Of a stretch of 20,000 nucleotides of DNA, positions 1 to 11,503 are shown one piece after another. The position numbers were made by a program, and so were the translations under genes. The stretch is from positions 45,245 through 65,244 of the forward strand of contig JYFJ02001984.1 of NCBI GenBank assembly GCA_000934665.2, in the 5' to 3' direction. The notes under the pieces are model-generated. The model saw nothing but the letters and a program-made list of their open reading frames with translations. It was not told the origin of the DNA and made no database searches. The DNA comes from Catajapyx aquilonaris. Lineage: Eukaryota. Within the stretch, counting starts at the first letter, position 1; each line of letters opens with the position of its first letter.

Positions 1-17
1 ATGATGATGATGATGAT
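1..17 (+). repeat. (ATG)n microsatellite, truncated by window edge
   Basis: atgatgatgatgatgat seen directly. Confidence 0.85.
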
Positions 18-184
18 AACGATTTAAATGAAACTTTGATCAAACAGGAGGAAAAATTACTCTTAAATATTGCGGTAATTTAAAGAGAAATTCACAGAAA
101 ACAGTATTTCCAGTGCATATACCATACAGACTAGAAACCACGAGAAACCACTCAAATTGAGCAATGAACGCTCAAAATAATTTA

Positions 185-1360
185 GAGCGTGCTACCGTAC
201 GTGATAAATACGGAAGGAAAACTGTCACTGCACTCTTGTTTGGAGGACAGTTCATTAAACACCAAAGTTGGTACATTCTCAAGGGCATGATTTCTTATCA
301 ACGATAATATTATAATCGCCCAGAAACATTGCCTAAACACTACATCTCCATTCAACGGGGCCGTAATAAATCCTAGTTTAGGTTCACCGTTTCCCAAAAT
401 CGCAGGGAGTGCTCACATTTGTCTCGCGCTAATTGAGTGCACCTGACGCGCTCCCTTTGCCCCTATTAATTACGAGCTATTTTCTCACAATCAGCCTCGT
501 ATATTCGCACTAACAAACGGCCCCTCTTTTACCTAGGTTTACCAAGAAGAGTCTCAAAGGCTGTATACAGTAACCGCATAGAATTATATGGCATGCATGA
601 ATAGGTTTAATTTCATGGATTCCAGAAGTAACATGTACTGTACATTCGTCATGTGAATCAAAGCAACTTTTGCTCACTTTTGTTTCCATTTTTTCACCTT
701 TAGGCTTTTGTTAGCTTTGAACTTCGAGAACAAAAAAAATGAAGCAAAGATTCATCAAACTAAAAGCAGGGAGTATTCACAAAACCTGAAGCAATATCGA
801 CTCATATAGCTGCGACTTATTGCCACTATTTTAATTTCCCTCTCTGTTTCCCGGCTTTGTTTGCTTGACGCTACCTATGCCTGATAAACAAAGCTTCATT
901 ACCGAAAGCTTCACAAAAGCCACTTCAATTATTCCTAAAAGGGGAGGGGGGTTGGTTCATTTTGAGCTAATTAAAATCAATTAATTTACAAACCCCCGCA
1001 TGAACTAGCCCTATTCCAGGCCCGGAAGAGTTTGATTCCTGGTTTTATACCAAGAGGGATAATAAGAAGCTGGTTAAATACTGTCCCAGGAGAAAAAGTA
1101 GGAAAAGTTTGGGGAGGCATATACTGCATGCCAACGGGGTCCTCTCACTTTAATGATGGGCTTCACTGACTTTTATGAGCTAAATCCAGGCCGATAAAAA
1201 AGGTGCAATTATGTCATGAATTACAATCTCGAGGGGCTTTCTTTTTGGGCTGGCAGAAAAGTGTCGTATCATCTTAACTTTCATTACCGCATAAAAATTC
1301 GCCAAACTATTTGCTGGAGAGGAAATCTGATCATGTCTTGCTAAGAGGTCGCGCTTACGC
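185..1360 (-). mobile_element. Heavily decayed non-LTR retrotransposon reverse transcriptase remnant (CR1/L2/Jockey-like)
   Basis: Minus-strand reading across stops and frameshifts gives RT-like motifs in the expected order: ARHDQIS...KPLEIVI...FLSAW (cf. GxDxIS...PL..I.N...FP..WK), VKPIIK, NQ.FR, EAF (cf. KAFD), VTSGI (cf. V.SGVPQG), KLGF...ITYGS (cf. KYLG...YGS). Boundaries approximate. Confidence 0.45.
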
Positions 1361-3034
1361 CCTGACTGCATCAAGGTAATCATCGCGGAGTCAAGAAATT
1401 GCCGATAAGTTCACAAAACGCAATATGTGCGATATCAGTCCAAATGCTAGTGCATCAAAAGAGAGAAATGGGCAATAATTCAGGAACACTGTCGCGACTT
1501 TTTACAGCAATATCATTGCCTTAGCACTAAACCGTCCAGATTTACTGATGGAATTAGAGCGTAACAAAGTTATTGCCAAATTACGCCTGAATTGGAGACC
1601 GTTATCGTTCCTAAGGTATATCCTTAAGTAAACTGCTCTAACTTGAAAGTAATAAATGTAGACAGTAAATAGATACACGAGGTACTACAAAACGGTAACT
1701 GTCGTAGTGCGCGGCAAGTTACCTCCAAATCTGATTATTTACAAGTTGTCCTTATACTAACGAGACAAACCCAAACACAGTAACTGGTAAAGAGACTTAT
1801 TGCGGGGAAGGGGTGGGGAGGAACCGGTAATGACCATCTACACTCCAGTCTCTCCATTACGTTAATGAGTTTTAAAAGCTGTATAAGGCACGAGTCAGTT
1901 GGCTATATATGAATACCCTTCCAGCGCAGTTAAAAATAGAAGCCATCGTGAATAATTCAGTTTGAGTAAAATGTACTTTGAGCCCTATATGTCATGATGC
2001 TTCACACCCTCTGTATACTACATGCATAATATTATGCTACATTAGCTATAGCAATCTAAAAATCGCTGAGAACCACTGTTCAATCTCAATAATTCTTTTT
2101 ACCTTTCCAAACTTTACAAGTTGCCCTCCCTTCAGTCCCAACGGTCAGATTATTGATTACATAGGGCTTCAGATAACACTCCCCAGTTCTTATCATTATA
2201 GGCAATTACTTCTCATTAAAGGCAAGATACACATGGGCTTTTGGATGTTATGCTCCAGGCCCTTCCTGATACTCCCCAAGAAGCCGCTTGAATGGGGGGA
2301 AGGCTAACTTCTGCTCCGTGTTATCGTTGACAGCTACCATGAGATTGCTCGTGATGTACGGTACTGGGCCAGCAGATTTTCAAACTCTGGTGCAGAAAGG
2401 GATAGAAACTATTAGGTTTCCACAATCCTCCTAGTCAGTAAGTCAGGATTAGTAGGCTTAATTGCGTCAAGTCTGGGCTACATGATTCTGGCGTGTAACG
2501 TTCACCTGATGTAGGGGACGAATTCGGTGAGTTGAGAAAGGCTGGCAGTTTTATCGAATCAGTCACTTCAATAATACAAATCCACCGAAGCAAGTTGGTG
2601 GAGTGGATAAGGCGTCCGACTGCTAATCGGGAGGTCCTGGGTTCGAGGAGTCCCGGTGCCGGCGATCCTGGCCGTGGTTTTCTGTGGTTTCCCACGGTCC
2701 TCCCAGGAAAATTCCGGGGTCGCTTCCGTAAATAATAGGCCACAGCCGCCGGCCTTCCTTTGTTTCCTATCCTTGACCCATCCATGGGGAGGTGCGGTGT
2801 CGGTGGGGTTTCTGACCCACACCTAGGGAATTGTCTTGCAACCTGACCCCCTAGGGGACTGCACACGACCCCCAACATTAAGACAACGCACTTGCGCCAG
2901 TGTCCCCTCCTCACAAATCTCTATCCTGATCCCTGCACCGGAGAGAAAAATGCGAAAGAAAATTCGTAAGAAAAAATGGTGGTATTCCACCCCCCTAAGG
3001 GAGCCAATGGCTCCACACGGGATAGCAAATTTTA

Positions 3035-3046
3035 AATAATAATAAC

Positions 3047-3124
<78 letters not shown>
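3035..3124 (+). repeat. (AAT)n microsatellite, block 1
   Basis: Near-perfect AAT array with one AAC variant; explains the poly-I/poly-Y ORFs. Confidence 0.97.
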
Positions 3125-3175
3125 TTTTTGCATTACCCCACGGGGGGTAATGCCTAAGTTCCTTAGGGGGGGTGG

Positions 3176-3258
<83 letters not shown>
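3176..3258 (+). repeat. (AAT)n microsatellite, block 2
   Basis: Perfect AAT array separated from block 1 by a ~50 bp spacer. Confidence 0.97.
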
Positions 3259-4199
3259 CCAAATTAAGTATAACACAACTATTAAAATAAAAATAGGAAA
3301 ATACTTAACTAAAGTCAATAACACAGACGAATGAAATTGCTCAATCCAATATTGCTTACGTGACTTGTTCCCGGAAAAAAAACGGCAATGATTGAGGGCT
3401 CCATTGCTATGCACCTTCTGAACTGCCTGGTCTCATCAGCAGTCATGATTTGCATGCTTTGGCATGGTTAGGAATTAAGACAATCGTGTTTCCATGCACG
3501 CATGCATTCAGAGCTTGACATTTGGATGCCGGAATAAGGCTTTAGATACACGAATGCATAGTTGCATCTATGAACCAGGTGAAATTCAATCGAAATGCGA
3601 CTCTGCACGGTCCACACAAGCCTCTTCTGCATAAAGAACCAGAGGAATTCCTTCCACGTTGGAATTCGAGTCTAAATTGGACTGGCAGAGACATTTGCCA
3701 TCCTCAACTCTCATAAACGACAATATAATTTTGAGCCAACACAGAGAGGGTATTTCGTATCTCCGTCGTCCTCACAACAACTGCCGTGCCTGTGCTCCAG
3801 CATACACAGAGACGTATGAGCGTCAATAGATTATATCCGGGGGGTTTAGGAGGCAAAAAGGCATCCAACTCCCTCCTCTCTGCCCCAAAGGTGGTTTTGG
3901 ATAGCCCCGGATTTTCCCTAACCGGGAAACCCAGATGGAAACGCCGAGAAGCCTGCGGTTGCGAGGTTTTACAGCCTGATTTGGGATTGGATTTAGGAAG
4001 GTGGAAACTGCCATTTGCATTCCGACCTTGTGACCTGTGGTGTATCAGGTGCTGTAAGTCGGGCTTTATATTAGATAGCGCCTGCATAGGCTAGCCAACT
4101 AATTCACAAAAAAGGGACAATTAATGGGCTGTTATAAACGTACTGGAGTGTTCAGAAAAGAAAATTGATGTCACATTAATAAAGAATGAACATATTCTC

Positions 4200-6200
4200 G
4201 GATCCATTTTGTGCTGTTTCACTACATGGCACTATATGTGCATTACCACAGAGAAATGAATATTCATACGGTCGTGTAAGTCTGTGGTTCAAACTGCAGA
4301 ACGTTAACCAAACGGAATAATTCATCGCTCCAGTATGCTGGCTTTATTATCTTCTCCAATGCCCATCATGCTTGGGAAAAATTTGCCGACTCGCCATTCG
4401 CAACAAAATCCAGTGAAAACTTCTCTAATGATGACCTATGCAATTCCGGGCTGCCTGCCCAGCAGCTACATGGTCCCCGGTCTAAAAAAAAAAATGTGCG
4501 TTTCAAACGCAGGATTAGCGGGGAGCTTCACGTTCCAAGAATTAGCATGTTAAAAAGTGCTGTGCATTATCCGTAATGAAGGGCCTCAAGAGAACTGGAG
4601 TGATGCACTCCATACGAAATGCTACTTTCCCTCCATTTCCAGCAATTAAGACACAAAATGCGGTGCGGACTATACATTGCAACTAGATACAAGCATGGAA
4701 ACCAAAATAAGCATGGATCCAGCCTACTGACCAGAGTCCAAAATTTGGATAGCCTGAAATTTCCCGGGAGACTAGGAAAATGGAGCCAAGTGGTCGGAAG
4801 AGGTATAAAGTCGGCTGGAAACGGGTTTAAAAAATTTCGGAGCCATTGAGAGTGTGTGAAAAACATTCCAGGCAGTATGGGCAACTCGAGTGCAACCGTG
4901 AAATAGAAAACTGCGGCGACAACTGCCGAGTCTTTCCGTGACATTCTTTCCTAAGGGCTTTTTTCCCTTCCGCACTGGAATGTTCCGTAGAGACAAAACC
5001 GGCAAAAGAAACTCCGGCTTGTAGTCCAAACGACAAGGCAGTCGACATCTGTCGCTCTCTTTTACCAAGCCTTAAGGTTCGTTCACAAAGATGAGAAAAA
5101 CACTGACTCTATAGCGTGGATTCTACAATCGACATTCGCTTTAAAGCAAGCTTCACAGCTCAACAAACTTTAAACATTGAGTGTTAGTCCAGGTTGGTCG
5201 CATTCAAGTTAAGCAATGATGTCGTCGCCATACAAGTAAAATCCAAAAAATCAGTGTCAGGATAATTATTGAAGGTAAACATGCTAATGAATACGCAGAA
5301 AATCCTGGCTTTCCAGCTAATTTTGAATCTTGAGGACTAAATAACTGAAACCGACCAAATTGAACAGTGGATTTCACTTCCATGCCCACGATAACGTTGC
5401 TAACTTGCTAAATAGAGAAACAGGGTGTCCAAGTTCGTGGGTCGTTTATAGTTATCACTGATATCGCCCGTAGCAGTTATTTTTGTGTAGCTTCTTGTGC
5501 CCCGATCCAGGTGCCCCATTACTCCCAGGTGGTCGAATGCAGAAGTTTTAATAGAATAGAGCAGCTGGTCAGGGGCACAACAAGCTACAGAAAATAACAG
5601 CTTCGAGCAAAAGGCCCCACGAACTAGGAACACCCTGCTGTATATTACAGAAATTTACGTTTGAATGAATCAACCTCAGCTGGCAATAATTAGAGCAATA
5701 ACATCTTAGTTTCCTAGCAAATTTAGGCTAGCATGTTTGTCCTCTGTGAAGCACCGTCATGTTGTATCATACATCCTCTGAACGGAAGAAGCCAAATTCC
5801 GATACGACTAGGGAGAGATCACTTTTCCCACGGGAAATATTGAACACTGCCTCCGGCTAGAGAATAACGATATTCCTTTTTTGGGATACATTCGCCGTCG
5901 TCATATGAAAAATTCCTACCTCGCACAGATTGGATGACTCATCCATATAGTTTGCGGTATACCTGGCAAATAACGTACTGACCGCCATGTTATTACCTCG
6001 GGAGAGCTCCCAGCTGCTGTTATTTCAGGCGCTGTCATCCCGAGGCGATAACTATTATTTCCCATTATTACACTTATCTTATCTGCAGGACATTGCACGC
6101 GGCGCAGGCGGGAGAGCTCACTCTTTTTTCGATGCAGTCAAATGCACACGCGGTTTTCTGCCAACTGGCTCCTGGCGTCATATCTTGCAAAGTGTTCGGA
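4200..6200 (+). mobile_element. Putative decayed KDZ-type (Kyakuja/Dileera/Zisupton-related) transposase gene with Cys cluster and chromo-like domain
   Basis: Ordered plus-strand remnants: PGC..YMVPGLKKKMC..AG..FQEL (from 4446), RTG..TP..SLH (4591-4636), ETRKMEPSGRKRYKVGWK..*..SEP (4768-4845, chromo-like), LRLNESTSAG/IIRAI (5655-5700), MFVLCEAPS (from 5733). Many stops and frameshifts; boundaries approximate. Confidence 0.4.
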
Positions 6201-6220
6201 AGCCGATAAGAACCAGCGGA

Positions 6221-6254
6221 CCCCCCCCCCCCCNNNNNNNNNCCCCCCCCCCCC
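6221..6254. other. Poly-C tract containing 9 N bases (6234-6242; assembly uncertainty)
   Basis: Seen directly. Confidence 0.95.
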
Positions 6255-6689
6255 GCCATTTGCAAACGCGCCTTTGAAAAGGCGCCGCTGCCATATCGCG
6301 CCCAATTTAGCATTTTAGCGCCTAACCCCTGAGAGTCAGGCCGGGCGTGGGAAAAGGACGAGGAATCAGGAGGGCTACGTACAGCCCAATCAGTCCGCGG
6401 CATTTATTTGGTGCGTGCCACCGTCCGCTCTAATTAATCACCGGAGTCAATGACACGGACCAATTAGATGGGTATAATTTGTTTTCTATTATTAACTCGG
6501 GTTGGGCGGGCGGGGCACGCCAGAGGCCAAGTGCGGCCACGCCAATACAACGCTCCAACGCCTCGTGCAATGAGCTTGTATAATCTTGGAGCACTTGATG
6601 TCATTGCTGCCGGACACAATGCAGGTTTTTTTTTGGCGAGTATGCGGCGAGGAATTTTTGTTACCTGAGTTATATGATGACTGGATCTG

Positions 6690-7110
6690 ACGGTGTACCC
6701 TAGTAGTGTCCCGAATGATTGAAGTCAACGTGACGGCTCGATGTGCTTTATGGGTGTCGACACACATTTTTCCTTGCCAAGCTTAAAAGCGGGGTCCAAA
6801 AGAGAGCAGATGTAAGATGACGGGCAGACGTAAAAAGGTGGTAGGGCCGCCATTAGCAGGCTTCCTCTCAAGGCTCCGGAGGGGTTTTACCCGGAACCTG
6901 GTCAGCTTCCCGAACACTGCTTCAAGTTCCCCATTTTCAGGACAGCCCTCCCCCAATCCCCTCCGGGCCCTAATGATGCCTGCGGGAATGGAGGTGGAGT
7001 AGAAGCCCAAAGAGTATGAGAGCAGGGGCTTTAGTGCTTTGCCACGTGATCGCTCATCTTTCACCCCCCTGACTCTTCCTCAGACAAGACTCCCGAACGC
7101 CATCAATCTC
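6690..7110 (-). mobile_element. Decayed DDE_Tnp_4-type (PIF/Harbinger-ISL2EU) transposase core
   Basis: Minus strand, in order: EIDG (7110-7099; cf. IIDC), ITW, SIPAGII (cf. GITPxGxI), W-G-R (6955-6947; cf. WGGRxSD). Then one frame from 6859: LLMAALPPF...LLDPAFKLGKEK...KHIE (cf. VMADRGF...LxIPAFxxGKxQL...RIHVER). Confidence 0.5.
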
Positions 7111-8099
7111 GTCAGAGACAATACTTATTAGCTGCAATATAGGAGTGTATCGCAAAACTGCAGGTTCAATTCATTGCCAGTCAGCATGGTGGGATTGGAT
7201 TCGTTTGGCAGAAGCGCAAGAAGGAGGACAATGCCAGGAACAATGGCTGGGGCTGGAGTACAAAAAAGGAGAGAAAAGATTGCGTGGGGGAACCTTGACA
7301 GGGCCAGACTGGAAGAAAACGACAAGGAGTCAGGCTCAGCGATTAGTTCTCAGCGCCTACTCTAAATCTTCCTGACAGATTGCTCCTAACCCCATACTGT
7401 ACAAAATATCATCTGGCCCTTATATGAAATTTGGACCGGAGTCAGCTGGACCCCAACACGACATTGTTGATTAAAAAAAGAAACAAGTGATTTCTGAGCC
7501 TGCACGTGCCGTTACTGCCCAGATATTTAATCATTGCTTCCCGAGGGGATAACTCTCCCAACCTACTGCCTGCGGTCTATACACAGTGCAGTGCCTGTGG
7601 GGATTTACAATTGTAGTTTTATCAAATTAACCAACTGGGCTTGCATGAATGTTTCAAGTTGTAAACCTGAATCTTGGCTGAATGTGTTTCGGGCATTGTG
7701 TGCTGTCACGGTGAGAGGATTAGCATGTTAAAATGCGGATTATTTGTGGCACAGCGCTTGTATTGCAGCTGTCAGTTAAGTCGAGTCCACGTCGATTACC
7801 TATCGATTGATTAACGATGCGATTCAGGTGGGAGCAGGTAGAATTACCAATATTTATGGGTCCCTCGGCATTGGGAGATTCGAAACATTCGGTACACGAA
7901 TCGCCGAATCATGTAAATATCGTGATAAAGCATATCAACATTGATCGACGCAATCAACCCCCCCTCATCACTATTTGTCGTCGTTATCACTCAACTCCCC
8001 CCCCCCCACCACCACCCCCTTTGACCCTTTTGACGAGGGGGGAAAGGGGTCACTTGTGTCACCTGGTGCCGACGAGATGAGGGGTGACGGTATGCAGTA

Positions 8100-9400
8100 T
8101 TTTATGAAAGTGGAGGTAAGCAGATGTTCTTGACATGTTGTTTCCTCCCCCTCTCAACCCAGCCCACCCCGTCCTCCCGACCAGGAAAGTCACTGGGGAA
8201 AGTGCCGAGATGAATGACTTTGCTGGATGTGTGAAGCAAGTAATTGGTTCCGACATGGAGTTGAGAGATTGATGCAACTTTCCAAACCATAATCGATACG
8301 GTAACCCATTGAAATGACATGGTACTTATCACGTGTTATTCTGCCACCGGATGGGGACCTAGGACATGAGTGATTATGCAGGCATATAACTGCCCACCCA
8401 AACCGATAACTCCTCGTAAACACTAAACAGAAACACACTCCCCGCACGTTCACCCATTCCGGAATGAAATGAAACGACGCCGAGACGAAAAGAGGATCAC
8501 TCTTAATCCTTGAAAATGGATGTCTTCCCCTTGGAAAAAATTAAAGTCGAAGGGGGCTGGGGTAGGGGGTGCAATTTCTTTCCATCTCCCTAATGGCCAG
8601 TCGACCCAGCAGCCCAGCTGGAAGTCTCTATTACCCAGCACCCAGAATTAGACTCCCGTTTGATTTGCAAGTCCCCAATAAAGTATGCAGGCCCGCACCT
8701 GTACACCTCGAGCGAATTATTTATTAATTTCCGTGGTGGTCTGCTGGAGGAAGTCAAGCCAAGGATGTCGCCATATCTCAGTCAGAAAAGGTAGCTTAAA
8801 TGGAACGAATGGGCGGAGGATAATCCCTGCCAAAAGGCGGAGGCTTGTCGAGATCGTTCTCTTCCTTTTTGACTGCGCCTGCATCTCCCTTTGGGCCTAT
8901 TTGTTATTCAAGTCATGTGCCCGGTAGAAGGGAATTCCCTCCGGTATATCGAAGACAGTCACTACTAGGTCCGTATCCCCTCCTTGTCCATTAGAAAAAC
9001 GACGCCTAATTGAAGTACACGTGTCCCTTTGAAGGCGAGAAGACTTTCCGGGACGTTGTATGGTAGTGGACTAGGCGCATTCCAAAGCCCACCCACACCC
9101 CCTCCGTCCTGGCTGCCTTTGAAGTGTACTCAGTAAAAGCTTCACGTCATGTCGTTTGAGCAGCCTAAGTCTCTCAAGTCAAAGGCGAGCGGGTTCATTA
9201 TTTACCAGGACCCAGGCAGGTTGGCTGCCAGAAAGATGTCTTGCTTTGCAATGCAAGGACCGCGGCTACACTTGCCTCTACCTCCAAATTAGGCGATTGG
9301 GCTTTTCCATCTGATTCATCTCCGGTTGGGCCCAAATGGGACTACTAAGGTGGTCCTATTCCAATCCTGCTGCTGCTCTCAATTGGGGTGGGGATTAACA
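8100..9400 (+). mobile_element. Decayed SWIM + YqaJ (lambda-exonuclease-like) gene remnant
   Basis: Plus strand, in order: KSL (8187), FAGCVKQV (8219; cf. FxxGWVxxV), NH..PLK, VILPPDGDL..CRHITA (8335-8394; cf. SWIM CSHVAA), IEDS/TTR (8948-8969), AAFEVY, KASGFIIYQDPGRLAA (9182-9229; cf. SGLxIxxxxPxLAASPDG), CKDRG..LQIR (cf. CxxCG..EIKCP). Confidence 0.45.
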
Positions 9401-9416
9401 ATCATTGTATCACATA

Positions 9417-9533
9417 GGGCCGGTTGCATAAACCAAGCAGGCCTAGACCAAGAACAAGTATAGTTGATCCCATGTTATCCATATCGGATTAATTGCGTGT
9501 TCAGGGTTTACCATCGTTTATGCAACACAGCCT
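9417..9533. mobile_element. Small Harbinger-like MITE
   Basis: Inverted termini ggccgGTTGCATAAAC ... GTTTATGCAACacagcc (11-bp perfect core), followed by TAA; TSD imperfect. Confidence 0.45.
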
Positions 9534-9648
9534 TAATGAGCACTTAGCCTGCATGCCATTTATATTGACTGAAAATCCATTTATTCTTGTTCTTCATCTG
9601 TTTTGTTCCGTACACCCACAGACCAATATGATGACACATGAATATTAG

Positions 9649-10073
9649 TACTGTATCCAAAATACTTGTCCGACTAATATGACTTTGTTGGTACTAACAT
9701 ACTGTAAGCGGCTCATTTTTCAACGGCTTATTTTGAACAGCCGTTACTTTAATGGTTATCAAAAGTATCATGCATCCGCTAATATTATGCAAAACTGAAT
9801 CATCCATTCAAGCTCTGAAAGCAAAGCATTTCCGATTAAAATTGACCTAAATTTTTGCCATCTAGCGTCAAAGACATGACCAACTTTGCGCATGCCCAGA
9901 CCCCCTTGCAGGCTTTAAAAAAGACGGGTACACGTAATCTAATATTAGCAGCTAATTTTGATAATAATCATTAATAGCGACTATGAAAGGGTATATGATA
10001 AAAATAAATACTTGATAGTGTCAAGAAATTGTCATATCAATATTATTGGACAAGTATTTTGGATTACCCTGTA
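9649..10073. mobile_element. Tc1/mariner-type MITE
   Basis: 17-bp perfect inverted repeat ATCCAAAATACTTGTCC (9655-9671) / GGACAAGTATTTTGGAT (10048-10064). Right end ...ccctgTA is typical of Tc1 termini. Further imperfect inverted similarity ~9742-9765 vs ~9955-9980. Confidence 0.65.
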
Positions 10074-10080
10074 TATTTTC

Positions 10081-10200
10081 AGCAGCAATAGCAGTAGTTT
10101 ATCAGTAGTAGCCGTGGTAGTATCATAATATCAACCACAACAACAACGACAGAAACAATACCACCAGATGGGACCACCAATACTATTGCTGTTGTTGTTT
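10081..10200. repeat. Low-complexity degenerate trinucleotide tract (AGC/AGT, CAA/CCA, TTG)
   Basis: Seen directly. Confidence 0.6.
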
Positions 10201-11503
10201 TTCCCCTATGCACTTATATGGACATGAACATATTATGGAGAATAGAGGGGAGCAATGAGAGGAGTTATGCATGTTTTCAAAAACTGAAACATGCGGCATA
10301 AAATTCCTCGTAAAAGTAACTCCTGTTATGTTAGTTTAATGCGCTGTAGCCTACGTGCATTCCCCAGGATTTCTGTAGCGAACAAACAAACTTCCCAAAA
10401 TATAGAAATAGATATTTGAGATTAAAGGTTTGGTAATGGCCAACTAAAAATCACTTTCATCCCGGTTCAAATGTGGAACCCCGTTTTTGCTGTATATAGT
10501 GGTCATTAAAGGAGCATCCATTCAAAATCACATTCGAAGAAAATATTTCTCTGCCGCTTCCAAAAAACTACCCTCTGATGTTTTACCCTCAATAAAAACA
10601 TCTCATGCCAGTGGTAAAATGTTGATCCTCAATAAACAATTGTCAAAAAGCCCGCATTTTAGTAGATAAAGAAATTCATGCTTTATTCAATAAACTCAAA
10701 GTCAGTATCGCTGTGTAACTCTATGAAGTGTACTTCAAGCGCTGCAGCTTACCTATTTTGCTGTGGTCATTAAAATTTGCCATCTATTGCATTTTATTAA
10801 TAGAAGTCCCTATAGCTGACACTCCGCAGCGTTATGTACGCAAATTACAGTATTTCAGAAAATTGCGCCTTAGCCTGTACCAATACGCTCATATTACGTT
10901 GATTCATGTATAGCCTAATATGAATCTACACGTACCAGTAAGCCTATTTTTTAAAAGATCTCCTGGAACCGTGATGTGGACGCATATCCTTTAGCAAAAT
11001 ATCCCGGACCATGTACCTTGTTTAATTTGCTGAACTCCCATTTGAGAAGATTAACAGAGTTCCCCCATCTCCATCTCCGTCCCCTTCTCAGAAACAAAAA
11101 AAGCAAGTTGGAATGAAAATTTGAAACTAATGTAATTACATTAGTATGTGCCTCAAAAGCAGATGTTTGCCTTGTCTTCCGCCCCACAGGCTGGGAAGAA
11201 GACGGAAGGAGAAAAGCGAAGGCAAACAAAGCACAATTACCTTTATGAGGCCCGCTTCCTCACTCGACTTGTCTCGTGGAGGGCACTTTCACTCTCTACA
11301 ACATTGAAATTAATGCAATGTCAGTGCAAAGTACTTGTAGTAGCAGAAATGGAAGCTAAGAGTACTTAGGGATACTCATAATGCAACTCAGAATTGGACT
11401 TGTACGTACGGGTCATCTCACAGCTATGTGCGATAATAATATAGGCTAATCATTGATACTGAATTACGTATTTCCTACACTATTTATGATATCCTACATA
11501 AAT

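Larger units (their letters stand above)
2584..3258 (+). mobile_element. tRNA-derived SINE, copy 1 (long form) with (AAT)n tail
   Basis: A box TGGTGGAGTGG 2596-2606, anticodon-like arm tccga-ctgctaa-tcggg, B box GGTTCGA 2640-2646. Body is homologous to 14301-14538. Possible TSD aataatacaaat (2570-2581) / aataatccaaat (3253-3264). Confidence 0.8.

Noticed and set aside
2500..2531. Hammerhead-like tcacCTGATGtaggggacGAAttcggtga
   Set aside because: Lacks the CUGANGA and GAAA cores and stem II.
2584..2665. Functional tRNA-Ser(GCT) gene
   Set aside because: No convincing acceptor stem, disrupted T arm, no long variable arm; continues into a SINE body with a second copy.
3032..3414. Poly-Tyr/poly-Ile ORFs
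   Set aside because: Translations of the (AAT)n microsatellite.
3415..3445. CTGATGAG on the minus strand as a hammerhead core
   Set aside because: No stem II followed by GAAA.
3400..4100. Possible coding sequence (ORFs 3704-4087, 3786-4094)
   Set aside because: No recognisable motif or consistent exon structure; left unassigned.
8420..8641. Ulp1 protease-like NG*TCGECV on the minus strand
   Set aside because: Single short motif with no upstream His/Asp context; the plus-strand SWIM/YqaJ reading explains the region better.
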